A DNA stretch of 64,000 nucleotides from Octopus vulgaris (taxonomy: Eukaryota). The stretch's first letter is position 1; every line of letters begins with the position of its first letter. The notes below the pieces were generated by a model. It worked only from the letters and a program-made list of their open reading frames with translations, was not told where the DNA came from and ran no database searches. The stretch lies in NCBI GenBank assembly GCA_951406725.2, contig OX597819.1, forward strand, positions 84,444,001-84,508,000. Direction: 5' to 3'. The position numbers and the translations under genes were made by a program. Below, piece after piece: positions 37,771 through 51,930 of the stretch.

Positions 37771-40700
37771 ACTTGTACTGCACACTAAAATGTAAATGTC
37801 CAGGTAACTACATGCTAAAGTAGCACCTTGAGACATACTGACTAGAAAATTTTCAAATGTGTTTGAATTTTGAAAACTGATGCCAACTGGGAAGGATATG
37901 TACTGGATCTTTTGGAATATAGAACTCTGTCCAGGTTTGACTGAAATATTACAAATCTGTTTTGGTACCAAAGAATTATTTAAACCCAATATGTACATGC
38001 TGAGCTGTCATAATGCTTAGTGGCATTTCATCTGTCTTTACATTTTGAGTTCAAATGCTACCAAAGCTAATTTTATCTTTCATCCTTTCAAGGTTAATGA
38101 AATAAGCACAAGTTGAGCACTGGGGTTGATGTAATCAACTGCACCTCTCTCTACAGATTTCAGGCCTTGTGCCTATAGTAGAAGGGATTATGCTTAGTGA
38201 CATTTCATCTGTCACTGAATTCAAATGCTGTCAAAGCCAGCTTTGCCTCTCATCTTTTCAAGGTTGATGAAATAAGCAGCAGTTGAGCACTGGGGTTGAT
38301 GTAATCAACTACACCTCTCCCCCTAGATTTCAGGCTTTGTGCATAAAGCAGAAGGGATTATTTATAGCTTTATTTACTTCAAGATTCACTGTCACAAAGA
38401 AAAAAAAATTTCATTCTCCTGAAGTTTCTAAATGCTTATGACATCCTCAATAAACTATTGTAAGAAGTAATGAAAAAATTGCTGTACACCAAAGACTTTA
38501 TTCAATGAATAATGCTACACCTCAAAATCCAACTTGTGAGAGTACTTACATGTTAAGTGATACATGAATTATTAAATGAACACAAAATCACAACATTACT
38601 CTTATATCTACTTTTTAGATTACTTTTTATCACCCAGCTATTTTTTTTAAACCTCAAAGCACATAAAACATGTTTTTGGCCTGAACCAACAAGAATCTTC
38701 TGAGTAAGCTCTCAACCTGCTACAAATATCAAGCAAATTCTCAAATTACACGTCCTGCCATCCTAAATAAGACAACATACATTGGATAATGTAGTTCTTT
38801 ATATGTCTAGGAAAAAAGTACATGATGGTCAATGCTGGATACCTTTGAATTCATCCCAACGTATTCTCCTAACTCACAAGCTACAAGTATTAATCCTGAC
38901 ATTAACTATATCCATCTGAATCACTGTCATTCTGATCTGATCGGGAAACCTCAACAGGTACTGACTGACCTATCTTTTCAAACGTCTGAGGGGGGGGGGG
39001 GGGTTGAACATGTGAGTGTAGGCACGTGAGTATGACAGGAGAATATGATAAATATGCGTATATAAATGATATGAAAGCTTTTATTTTATAATCACTCGAA
39101 CAAATAATTCGTAAATTATTCACATAGTTCAACAAATCGCTCTTACCATACATACCTACACACACATTTCAAATTATCAATATTATATATGCTGACGTTA
39201 TTTTATTATTTATGTTGTGTTAGTATTATAATCAACAGAAAATACCTTGTAACTGCTAAACCCTCACACACAAAAAAACCCCCCAAAAAAACTATTGGTA
39301 AAGAAACCAACACATGCTTGGAGATGTGCCCTGGTAAAAAAAAAATCCAAACACAAGTATTTCTTGAATATAGGGACATCACAAATGTCAGCAAACACGT
39401 TTTTGGAAGGCCCGAACTAGAGACAAAAGTCACTAAGTAGTCGCTTAACTTGTACTTAGAAATAGCAGACAAATCTTCCACATATCACACCTTACCATCT
39501 AGAAGCTAGGATAGACTGGATAACATAGTACTAGGTGTACTAAATTTGGCGTGGAGTGGTGGAAGATGGATGGTCACGGTTAGAATGCATTTGATTAATC
39601 AGAGTAGGACTGGAGCTAAACACTTTAAAAGTAAAAAAAAATTAAGAACAAGAAAAAATCGAAGTGAAGACGCAACTGTTGAATGTTATAGGTAAACTCT
39701 TCAACATCCAAACAACACAAGTATTGTATTTCTTCAAAACAAAGAAATGACAAAGGTCAGCAACACACTTTTGGGAGGCTTGTAAACCAAAAATAGAAGT
39801 CTCTAAACAGTCGCCTAACATTCTAGAAGTAGCAAAGTTCCCATATATCATAATCATACACCCTACCATCTTAAGGTAGGATACATTGGATAACGTAGTC
39901 CTAGATATACTAAATCTGGGACGAAAAAAGACGGGTGGTTATAGTTAGAACACCTTTGATTAATCAGGGTAGATATTGTGCTAAATTACAACGCTTTTGG
40001 TTAGTTTGATGGGGTTTTTTTTTTTTAATTAAGAACAAGAAAAGTCAAAGTGAAGACGCAACTGTTGAATGTTGTAGGCGAACTCTTCGACTGAAAAAAG
40101 GTAAAATAAAATAAAGCTCTATCACAGTTACACCCCTTGGTTGCAATCGAGGATGCTGGCGTAAGCTCGGTAGTTTACTACACCAATCCCGTAAGTCGAT
40201 TTCCTTTCGTTTTCTCTACAGTATATCTTTTTCCACTCTATCTTCTTTAAATTTACTTCATGTCTATGATAAACTTGTTAAGGATATAATTACGATACAC
40301 AACAGCTATGTATACATGAATATATATATGTAATACATGCAGTAGGCTTCATAGATTGACTCTGAACAACCAGTTGGAGCAAATATTTTTGAGTTGCAAA
40401 TCAATATTACATATAAATCAAAGTATAGACTTCGACATGTTCTCACACTTAGTTTGGTTCAGTTGTATTATAATAGCTATATGTAATATTTGTAGATATA
40501 GTTATCTAGTCATGTACGTGTATATGAATGACTGGTTTGATGTATGGTGGTGGATGTTAAAAATATCTTTATAAACTAAGTCGAATCTCCTGTTGATTGT
40601 GAAAGATTAATTATATAGCAATTGATAAGTATGTACATATTGTAAATTAAACATTATGTGCACAAACGACTTTAATGTATGTGCTATTTCTTCAAACCGA

Positions 40701-43700
40701 AGCCATAGCTGGTCATTCGCTTATGTATTGGTATGTATATGTGTGCATGTAATGCATCCATCTATTCCTGGAGTAATCCTACATTTCAGCTATCGTACAC
40801 TAAAATCTATGTCTAGATTATCTGTGTAATCTATTTTACTATCAATTTCACAATTCAACTAATCAGATTCTGATCTGATGTCTCTAATTAAAAACGTTAG
40901 AGACTAAAAAGGGCGATAAAGGAAAGGATATCAAAAAAATATAATGCCTCGCTGTAAATTTCATCAACAACTAAAGTGCCCGCTGATTGTAGTTGTCAAC
41001 TGATATGTTGTTGTACATCATGCATTAGTGATATATTTCACTTGTTGTGCCCCTCCCCTACCTTATCTTTGATATTTCACGAAGCTGTTTAATGACACTA
41101 GCACTTGCCTATGCGATATTTCTACCGCTGGCCTTCTGTTTATTAACAACATTACGTAGTCGATGGGTGATGGTCGATCGTAATCTTCTGCACTGATTTG
41201 TATTACGTCAATTCCAATAACCAATGTCATTACCACTTTAAGGATCACTCACTGGATGCACACACACTTATGGATGCACTCAATGATTTAAAGTCATTTT
41301 TTGTCGCATTCCTTTAGAAAAGCCTAATGTTTGTAATGGACTTATGTTATTATTACACGATAACGAGCTTCCTCCATTGGTTCTTTCAGTTATTTTATTT
41401 CATTTTTATTCTGACGTATGTTCTTCCTGAATCCTCGGCGTTAACATTGTAATACGGAGTAAGTCTTAGGACATTATCTTCATAAAAGCAACTTCCTTCT
41501 TTTGATTTACTTTAGAATCTGTTCGAAGTTCACAAAGTCCACCTTTGCGCTCAATTCATTTTATTCGTTGAGTAAGTTTCTATGGAACTGAAATTGTGCT
41601 CTCGTTTCTTGGATATCTGAATGCTATTTATTTTCGATTTAATAAATCTACGTGTTAAAATGCAATCAAAAAATTCATTCATTCAATTTCCGTGTTGATA
41701 CTCTCTCTCCTTCCCTCTCTCTCTCTCTTTTTCTCACTCACTCTTTCATGTCACATTTTGTAGACTATTTGAGATAAAATCTAAATAGTCTTGCAACATA
41801 ATTTTCATTTTCTTTTTTTCTTTTGCGAAAATCAATTTCCCAATTTAGAATTCTCAATACAATATTGATTTTTGAATTATCTTATATTTATTTGTATGAC
41901 TATAAGTACACATTTTAAATATAAAATGTCCTTTCAAAGTTGTTTTTTTTCTTTCTTGGGGACGTCTAATATAAGTCTATTATGTATTGCGGTTGATATT
42001 CACAAGCAGAGTAAAAAAATACAAAAACAAAAAAAGTAGCACGCATAGCAAAAGATAGTCGCTAGAATTTGGAGAGATTATTGGTGGTTTGCATTGGCAT
42101 GAGTCAGTTTCATATAAAGTAAAGAAGGGTGAGCTGTTGTATGTCATGAGAAGAAATCACTTACGCTCCGGACCAGGCGTTTAACTGTAGAATATTGTGT
42201 ATGTGTGTGTGTAATATGCGTGGGTGCAGGTGTTCGATTGTATAAGAATGTGCTATTCTGCTATATGTCATCTTTTCTGGAATTCTTTGCCTAGTTTCCC
42301 TTACATTTGTTGCTAAAATCAATTGGAACTTGTTTTTCATTAACTTGTTCCCCCAACCTATTCTTTTTTTTTTTAAACTATCAATGAAACATTTTGACGT
42401 TGCATGTGTTTAACCTTTAAACCGTTAATCTAGCTATTACATCGTAAACATGTTTTCCAGTTGTATATAAAAAAACTGTCCTATTTAAGAGATAACTGTT
42501 ACTCTGTGTTTTCTTTAATAAACAATAACTCATTTATTTGATACTTTAAAAAAAACAAAAAAGCTACTATTATTGTTTCTGCATTTGCTTTATTAACAAT
42601 AATAGAAAATAAGTAGGTAATTGAATGGTTCCAATATACAATAGTTCTTGTCTCGAAAAGCAAAATTAAAAAAAAAATTGCTGTTTGAATAATAACCTTT
42701 AATTTTTCTATTGTCTGCACTAATATCACTTCCTCAAAAATAACGAATTGTAATATTCGCCTCACATTTGAAGGGTGTAGTTGATTATAACGACCCTAAT
42801 ATTTGACTTATGTTTTATCGATCCTGATAAGATGAAAGGTAAAGTCAACTGACTTAAATTTATAGGAAATGGAGAGTCGATTTTTACATGAATGGTACTT
42901 ATCAATAACACCAGAGGGATGAAAGGCAAAGTCAATGATGTATGATTTGAACTCGGGATGTAGAGAGGTAAAACGATGTCAAATGCTTATCATGTCAGCC
43001 AAAATGATTTGATTGCCACAAATAATCATTAATTACTCCATTACAAGACAATACAAAATTATCAAATACAATACAGAATTGCCTAAAAATCTGAAATAGG
43101 TTGAGTCCCTACATGCTATGAGAACTGACTGAGTTCATCTGACCGTCAGTGTACACACACACTGTCTGGCATTACTGTATGTGTAATCTTCACTTTTTAA
43201 ATTACCATAGTACCTTATAAAACTCATTAAAACTTTATATATACACCAGTATTATCGTTAATATTCTAAATATAGTAGAAATGAATGAAATACGAAGTTT
43301 TATTCACCAAATAAAATACAGGTGCTGCAAATGCAGTAAAATTGACTACTGTACTACTGTACTGATCCATTTTCATTACAGTAGAATGATTAACACAAAT
43401 AAGTACAAGTTCTCTTGATTCTGATTAACATGTTGAAAAAATTTATTTCTTGGGTGCTGGTTGCTTGAGAGTTTCAATTTGAGTACTGGGTGAGAAAGAG
43501 TTCACTCTGTGTGTGTGTTGACCAAATGTATGTTTGTGTATTTATATATAAATGTGTGAAAAAGTACTGAGGGGCAATTAGAACTGTCAACATTTTAAAT
43601 GCCCCCCCCGTTAAGACAAGACTGAATAGATGAATTATATTCTCACATCAAATTGTCATTATCACTTTCCTCTCCAATGGATACTTGAAAAAACTAAACT

Positions 43701-46700
43701 ACCTGATCTCATCTTTTGTCTATGTTCACACCACCGATTCTACCATAATCACAATGCAAAACACATTTTCCTGTCCAATCTTAGTAAAAGAACTTAGTGA
43801 AGCATTTGGCTCAATTGGATCAGCTGACAGCTAAATCTATCTTATATACTTTTATGTAATAAGTTGTTTGATGTAACCCTATATTCCAAAAACACTGGAT
43901 GAGTGCATGGAATCTAGAGTTTTTTAAAATCATTCTCTCCGTATTTACATAAGAAGGCAGGTCATAGTATTATATCTGTTTAGTATCTCTTGAACAGGTA
44001 GTTTCATTGCACCACTAAGACCATGGATTTAGAAATATTTGCTTTCTACAAGGGTATTAAAAACAAACAGAAATAATTCTTTTTGCAGTAGTTTCAAGTT
44101 AATGCAATTATTTATGAAGTTTAAGAGAAAGAGTTTACAATGAAGATAGTACAGGATGAAATTTGAGAAGATTCAGTCTGGATTTGTTCCAGGTTGTGAT
44201 ATGACATAAGTTATAAATATGTTGAGACAACACAAAGTAGAATTCTGAGCCAGAGACAAATAACTTTAGTTCCACTGGATTAGTTTGCAACTTAGACACA
44301 CCACCATCATTACACCATTGACATCAATTTTTCCAGTTAAGTATAGTTGTAATAGTTTTAGACAAATCAGTTCTCTTTGTTAATCCAGTGCATCTTACAC
44401 ATCTGAAGCTCTAGCTTCTTGTCCATTATGACTGGTGAAATCCTCTGCACCATTTTTGTTCCTATTGCTTGGTTCCTATTGAGCATATATTTAGTTATGG
44501 CCTACTCCTTTTCTGCATATTGAACAAGATTATTCCACACATGTTTCTGGACTAGTATTGTAGTTTGCCTTCCAATGTTCAATCTGTACTTGAAGCTCTT
44601 TAACGGATCCTATATTGTAAACAAACTCACCAGCACAACCAAGACTTCATCATCATCATCATTTAATGTTTCTTTTCCATGCTCACATGAACGTGGTGGT
44701 TTGACATGATCCTAATGTACAACATTGTAAAGTGGTTGGAGTTAGGAAGGGCATTCAGCTGTAGAAACCATGCCAAAGCTGATACTGGAGCTCAGTGCAG
44801 TCCTGTAGCTTGCTGGATCCTGTGAAATTGTCCAACCCATGCCAGCATGGAAAATGGATGCTAATTGATAATGAAGCCATGGATATATAGACCTGGGAGG
44901 TAATCCACATGTCTAACTGCTCAATTATGAAGAAATAGCGAGATGTAATTTTATTATTTATATAAATAGGAACAAGGTAGGTTATGTCTTCCTAAAGAAC
45001 ATAAAATTCTGGTTTACATGTGATGGGCTCTGATAGTAAAATACACAGTGATGAAAATGATCTTATCAGACCAATCTGGTCTTAACAGCCTTCTATTTGT
45101 TTTATAAACCAGAATTAAGTTTGCCCTGCTGAGTGTAGCCTTTTATATTTGCTCATTTTGCCCTTCAGTAATTTAGCTTCGTATCAAGCCACTGGGCTCT
45201 GATTTTCTTTTCTTTTTTTTTTTTCTTTTTTGGTAGCAAAATTTTGTTTGCCGTATCTTATGTATAGCTTGTCATAAGAAGTTATGACTAATAGCCAGAT
45301 TTAATTAAAAAAACAAAACTATACTTTCTAAGACACACATACATATTGACTCTGTACTTGGAGAAGTCTTTATTGCCGGAATGTATTTGAACAGTATCAT
45401 TGATTGCTCTTAATATATACATTGCTCACACAAGCCAATATTTGTATTTGTATTTGCTCAACCTTCAAGAAATAGCAACCAAATCTTCTTCAAATTACAC
45501 CTTACTATCTTAAAAATATTTTTAAAAATTGAACAATTTTGCTGCCAATATACTAAAATATATTATGGTCAAGGGTAGAATAACTTTGATTCTAAGTTTT
45601 CTCAGAGTAGACCCAAGGCTGAACAACATTGTTTTACTATTTTCTGTGTACTGCATTTCATTTTCATTCCTATGTTGGCAAACATAAGAATGTAAATTTG
45701 AATGTTGTTCTTAGGTGTACATCTTTCTATCTACTAACAAGTCAGTCAGTGACCCTTTTTTACAGCTAGGCAGACCAAGACATGCCGAGTTGTGTGTCTC
45801 TTTAGATTCTTCAACAATGGCTCTTCTAAGTGTTTAAGTTGTGACCTTGAAACTAATAGTGAGAAACTTGACCTCGTAAATAATGTAACTTTTACTCCAG
45901 TCCTCACATACAGACTGGCACACACCTTTCATTTGTACACACACACACACACTCATGTGTCTCCTTTAATTGACCATTTTGTCACTTATACACATACACA
46001 CTGGTATTTTGCATACATTCGCCTGCTGACATTCGTTGATACTACATCGAAGAAACCAAAGAACAAAAGGCCAAAGAAAAATGAAAAAAAATGCACTTGA
46101 CACCAGAGCTGAAGACACCTCTGAAAGTGGTAGGGCTCTGCTACGTCAAAAATGGTAGAGGAATAGGAGCCGAAACCGGATGTGGTTCCTCCTGATGCTG
46201 TCATTAGGCACTGGATCCTATAAAGGAGCTGTTGAGGTAGTGAACCATGAGATGTGGTTGGAATTCCTCCACATATTTCCTCTTAGGCCAAACTCACTTC
46301 TCTCTCTCCCGCTTCCACTCATTGCTGGACTGCTTGACCACTATGTACTCTAGACCCATCCATGCACTCATGTATACATTCTTCAGCTGCTTCCATCCCT
46401 TTGTCATAGTTCTCCTCTAAAAAAAACCATCATTCCTTCATCCATTGGCTATTTCCTGCCACTCCACTTTGTAAATGCAGTCTACTTTCCAACATGATCA
46501 GTCTTTCTATGTTCTTTAACTTACACTCTTGGATTTTTTTACCATCTTCAGTTTATTGTTCTCTTATAAGCACAGACATGGTTGTGTGGTTAAGAAGTTT
46601 GGCTCCCAAGCACACAGTTTTAGGTTCAGTTCTACCATGGCCAGTCTTCTATTATAACCCTGGGCTAACCAAAGATTTGCAAGTGGATTTATCAAACAAA

Positions 46701-47859
46701 AACTGAAAGACGCCATTTTGTGTGTATGATTGTCATAAATGAGTGCCATGTATATGACTATGTATTTGTTGGTGTGTGTGTGTATATGTGTGTTGACATT
46801 TCAGAAATAGTTGAAAATTAGTTTTCTGCCTTAATCTCATAATGAGCAATTTTGGAGGTGCTTTCATGGTTCTGGGGTCCAGAAATGAACTGAAAATTAT
46901 TTAAAGCAAAATAGTCTGTTAAGACTACATTGGTTGAAACAGTCTGCTGCTATAATATACTGTATTTCATTAAAATCATGGAACAAACACTCAATTTCAG
47001 TATTCTTTTAGTTTCTATCACTCCCCATTGACCATTGTGCAATGAAAGATCACTTCCAGCACAATTGTCCTGTCATTTGCCAAGCTCATATCTGTTAGGT
47101 CCTCAATCAAGTCTTGACAGGTCTTTCTTGCTTTCTACACTCTGGCTCCCACTTAAAAGAGGATCTCACTGGTCTTAGTATTATAAAGATATATATCCCT
47201 CTAGGTACAGGCATGACTGTGTGTTTGCTTCCCAACCACATGGTTTCAGGTTTGGTCTCACTGTGTGGCAAGTATTTTCTACTATAACCTTGGACTAACC
47301 AAATCATTGTGAATGAATTTAATAGATGAAAGCTCAAAGAAGCCTATCACACACACAAACACACTCACATATATGTATCTACTACATATGTGGAAATCTG
47401 TGGGTGTATTTGTTTGTGGCATTGTTATTTAACTCCTCCTACATCGTTTTGATGAAACTTAACACATGAGTAGAACTCATGTCTGGAAAACTAGTGACAT
47501 ACTTAGATTGTTGAAAAAATCGATAACAGGGCCCCTGGAAGGGATTTTTATATATACTATACATATAACTAATTATTATTTTTAAACATCCAAGGGAATT
47601 AACCCATTCGCTCCCGAAAGGGATCCTTATATACAACCAAGAGAAATAACCCATTCATGTTCGTAAATTATTTTGTATAAATCAAATTGAGTAATGCTTA
47701 TTTCTTAGTATTTCAACTATTTGAATTATTTTCACAATTTATCCTGTACAATGCTTAAACAAGTAAATAGTATTTTCCTAAATAATAGATCCACTTATTT
47801 CGGTTAGTGACTTATTCACGAATATACCAACAGTAGCACCGCTGAAGGTCATATATACA

Positions 47860-48780
47860 CAGGGTGTCCCAGAAACATTTACCCATTGATAATTCTTAAT
47901 GATTCAAAATAAACTTAAAATTTGACACACACATTCTAATGTAAATTGCCAATCCATTGCAGTACTTACATTTCAAAATTACCACATTTTGCTTTGATCA
48001 TAGCCTGAAAACAAGTGGGCACCGAGTTGCATGAGTGCTGTACCACCTCTTCATCCAGCTTGACCCATGATGACAGAAAGGCTTTCTTCAGGTTTGACAC
48101 ATTTGAATAGGAGCAACCAGAAACATTACTTTCTAAGATGGACCAGATAGCAAAGTCCATGGGATTCATGTCTGGACTTGAGAAGGCCATATCATCTTGT
48201 CCCCAAACCCACTGAAATTCTCTTTGTACCACCTCTGTGTCAATTTGGATGTGTGGGCTAGAGCCCCATCTTGGGTGAAGATGTAATGGTCACCAAAGAT
48301 TTCTGTGACCCTGGGTAACACTTTCTCATCCACTGTTTCCACATAAACTTCACTGCTGACCTTGAAGCCAATATTGATGAAATGTAAGGGAAGCTTGAAC
48401 CCATCAGATGCAACTGTGGCCCACACCATGAATGAAGCTGGCTTCTGACAATGTAAAGGACTCCTGTTACCTTCGGACAAGTCCCCTGCATTATATGCAT
48501 AAAGTCTGTCATTCTGCCTGTTGGTAACTGCCTCCATGGTGAAGATCTTCTCATCGGACCATATCAACACTTTGTTAGCAGCGTACTTCATCTCAGCTAA
48601 CATGGTTTTACCCCCATTGAGTTGTTTCTTGTTGGAAGCTGCTGGAATTGATTCTTGTATACAATTAGCTTTAAATCCTCTTTTAAAATCCTGTGCATTA
48701 ATGATTTCGAAGTATCAAGAGCTTTTGCAGTTTTACCTGCACTCCTGCAGGGATTTGGATTCATTTGCTTCTTCACATAT
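47860..48780 (-). mobile_element. Tc1/mariner DD37D (maT/mori-type) transposon fragment
   Basis: WSDEKIF, TQDGALAH and SPDMNPMD, with 37 residues between the 2nd and 3rd Asp after correcting one frameshift. Terminal CAGGGTGTCCC at 47860. The 5' part is truncated by the Penelope-like insertion. Confidence 0.8.
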
Positions 48781-49985
48781 TCTGGTCTATTATTGGAATA
48801 ATTATTTAATTTATTAAGGTAAAACTTATTCTGCTTAAAGAAATAATGATACCAACATTATTAGTAGTAGAATAACCAACTCCAAAATTATTACTAGAAA
48901 AAATGTTATTATATTTTTTATTATTTATAATGAATACTTCATTTAGTTTAAATATCTCTCTAATAATGTTTATTTTAACTTGAGCCCCATAGGGAATAAT
49001 TAACCAAATTTTGTTCTTATTATTAACATTATTTTTTTAATATTATTATATTTATTATTGTGGAGGCGCAATGGCCCAGTGGTTAGGGCAGTGGACTCAC
49101 GGTTGGTTTCGATTCCCAGACTGGGCGTTGTGTGTGTTTATTGAGCAAAACACCTAAAGCTCCATGAGGCTCTGGCAGGGGGTAGTGGCGACCCCTGTTG
49201 TACTCTTTTACTCTTTTGCCCCAACTTTCTCTCACTCTTTCTTCCTGTTTCTTGAGTAATGCTGCGATGGACTGATGTCCCGTCCAGCTGGGGGGAACAC
49301 ATACACCATGGAAACCGGGCCCATGAGCCTGGCTAGGCTTGAAAAAGGTGCATAAATAAAATAAATATTTATTATTATCATTAAACGAATTAAATTTATT
49401 CTTATCTTTTAGTCTATTATTATATTTATTTTTGTATTATCATAATACCTATTATTAAAACCATGATTACCTAAATAAAACTTATCATAATTCTTAATAT
49501 TAGGTTTATTATTATAAATATCATAGGAATCATTTATATTATAATCTTTTATATTATAATTATATTTACAATTATTAAAGAATTTAATACTATTATTATA
49601 TCCCGCCTCCCGCAAGGCTTCATTATGATAAGGTGCGTGTTTTTGGAAAATCTCAAAATTAGAAGAAAGCATCAATATTCTTTTACCTATATTATCTATC
49701 AATGATTTGAGGGTGGGTGATTACTATTAGCATTAATATATCTAAGGTTTTCATTAATTTTATGGAATGGTTGGGTTTTACCTGTTATTAGCATCTAAAT
49801 AACATATAGTAATATCTAATCCATATCTTTAAAAAAAACTATATAGTTTCTTCTTATATAATTCTTGTGTTCTATTGGTGCAATTCTTGGTTAGTAATAA
49901 AAGGTCATCCCTATATAATCTCCCCTCCAACTTTAATTTTTCTAATTGAAGTTCAGATAATAAATAAATACTAAATCAGTCACCT
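48781..49985 (-). mobile_element. Degraded Penelope-like element (Naiad-type, tentative), RT fragment
   Basis: YRDD at 49915-49904, RILMLSSNFEIFQKHAPYHNEALREAGY, IWLIIPYG and an Asn-rich linker. Interrupted by a SINE at ~49060-49365. Confidence 0.7.
49060..49365 (+). mobile_element. tRNA-derived SINE
   Basis: TGGCCCAGTGG A box, GGTTTCGATTCCC B box, A-rich tail. Confidence 0.8.
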
Positions 49986-50254
49986 GTTTACTTCTTATTT
50001 TCACAGCTAAAATACATATTTCTATCTATTTATTCTACAGTGTTTTCACGTGATAGATTTCATAGAAACGCTAAGTTCTAAGTTTATTTTATTATTTTTA
50101 AATCGAATTAATTTTAATATTATCAATTTTATTATTATCGATTTAAAGATATAGTCACGAAACGCACGTAGTCAATTTAATGTTTATTTAATCTATTGAT
50201 TTTTTAAAATGATATTTATTATAGTATATTTAAATATTTTCTATATAATATAGA

Positions 50255-50686
50255 TAATGTCTTTCACTATTGAATTGCTTAATAATAATTGTACTTTGGA
50301 TAATGTAGTTTATAGATGTATGGTAACTTTAATGTATGATAATAATATGAATGATTACAATTTAAACGCTATCTATATAGGGTCGACTTCGAATAAAATT
50401 AAGAGTGGCTCAACATATGTATTCTTTTAGGAATAGAAATCTAATTAATTCAACAGGCCTCAGTAAATATATTTGGGAACTTAAATCTAAATGTATTAAA
50501 TATGAATTAACTTGGGAGATAATTTGTAAGGCAAATTGTATAAGGAGTAATTCTTGTTTATTGTGTAATGATGAATGTAAGGAAATATTATTTAATAATA
50601 ATAATTATTTATTGGTCAATTCACTAGAAGAGCGTAAGATTAAATGCAAACATAAATTAATTTACCTATATAATAGGTTTGGCTAA
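50255..50686 (+). mobile_element. Penelope-like GIY-YIG endonuclease remnant (Naiad-type, tentative)
   Basis: NVVYRC...IYIGST, HMYSFRN..STGLSKYIWELK..WEII..CLLCNDE..LVN...CKHK. Confidence 0.75.
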
Positions 50687-51283
50687 TTTTCTGTATATAT
50701 AAAACTCTATTTTATGTTACTTATTTATTGTAAATATAATTCAGTAGTATTAGTGTGTAAATTAGCATGATATTATATGTTATATTACTATATTTGAATA
50801 CGTTTAAACTTGGATATTTCTTAATAAATAAATGAATATATAAATTTATTAAGATCTATTAAATGTATTTAGATATATTAATTATAGTAATATAAATTAA
50901 TTCAAATATAATATGTATATTTTACATAATTATTTGGACTTTAAATTTATAGTAAATAGTCATTTATAGTTTTTTTGTTCTTTTATTCTTTGATTCTAGA
51001 AGCTTAAATATTTTTCATCATTTTCATTAATACATATATTTCGTTATTTTCATTAATAAATTTATTCTATCTTTTTACATGCGTTCATGAGTTTAATTTC
51101 TTATAAATGCTAAGGCCTACACTTTTATGTTTAAAATTCAGTTATAAAAGTTTCTTCGATAAGTAACGTATTTAGATAACAATATTATTTAATTTTTGAA
51201 TTGAATTGTGTTTGATTATTATTGTTAAAATATTGATTTATATATTGTTTCTTGATAGTTATTAGTTGCGATGCATATATTTA

Positions 51284-51287
<4 letters not shown>

Positions 51288-51325
<38 letters not shown>

Positions 51326-51367
51326 CATTATTATTATTATTATTATCATCATTATTATTATTATTAT
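51288..51367. repeat. (ATT)n microsatellite
   Basis: Directly visible. Confidence 0.9.
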
Positions 51368-51397
51368 ATTGTGAAGTAACATATTAAATATAATTTC

Positions 51398-51793
51398 ATC
51401 ATCATCATCATCATCATCGTTTAACGTCCGCTTTCCATGCTAGCATGGGTTGGACGGTTCAACTGGGGTCTGGGGAGCCCGAAGGCTGCACCAGGCCAGT
51501 CAGACCTGGCAGTGTTTCTACAGCTGGATGCCCTTCCTAACGCCAACCACTCCGAGAGTGTAGTGGGTGATTTTATGTGCCACCGTCACAGGTGCCAGAT
51601 GAGGCTGGCGAATGGCCACGCTCGGATGGTGTTTTTATGTGCCACCGACACAAGTGCCAGACGAGGCTGGCAGACGGCCACGCTCGGATGGTGTTTTTAT
51701 GTGCCACCGACACAGGTGCCAGACGAGGCTGGCAGACGGCCACGCTCGGATGGTGTTTTTATGTGCCACCGACACAGGTGCCAGACGAGGCTC
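51398..51793 (-). mobile_element. RTE LINE 3'UTR fragment with 61-bp tandem repeats
   Basis: About 3.5 near-identical units of ggatggtgtttttatgtgccaccgacacaggtgccagacgaggctggcagacggccacgctc. Confidence 0.8.
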
Positions 51794-51868
51794 GCGAAAT
51801 AGTTTTGTAAGACTAAATATTATCTAATAGTTAGGAGTTTTGTTATGTAGTATTACATTTAAGTAATA

Positions 51869-51923
<55 letters not shown>

Positions 51924-51930
51924 ATATATA

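Noticed and set aside
41063-41248. 61-aa minus-strand ORF with a hydrophobic N-terminus
   Set aside because: It has a GTG start, is short and resembles no family I recognise; more likely UTR or non-coding.
49060-49135. tRNA gene
   Set aside because: The A/B boxes are the head of a SINE, with body and tail following and a second copy at ~1 kb; there is no complete cloverleaf.
50040-50180. CACGAAACGCACGTAGTC as the 3' half of a hammerhead
   Set aside because: No CUGANGA or stem I could be located upstream; too degraded to support.
51571-51793. CRISPR-like regularly spaced repeats
   Set aside because: These are contiguous tandem units with no unique spacers and no cas genes, inside a eukaryotic LINE 3'UTR.
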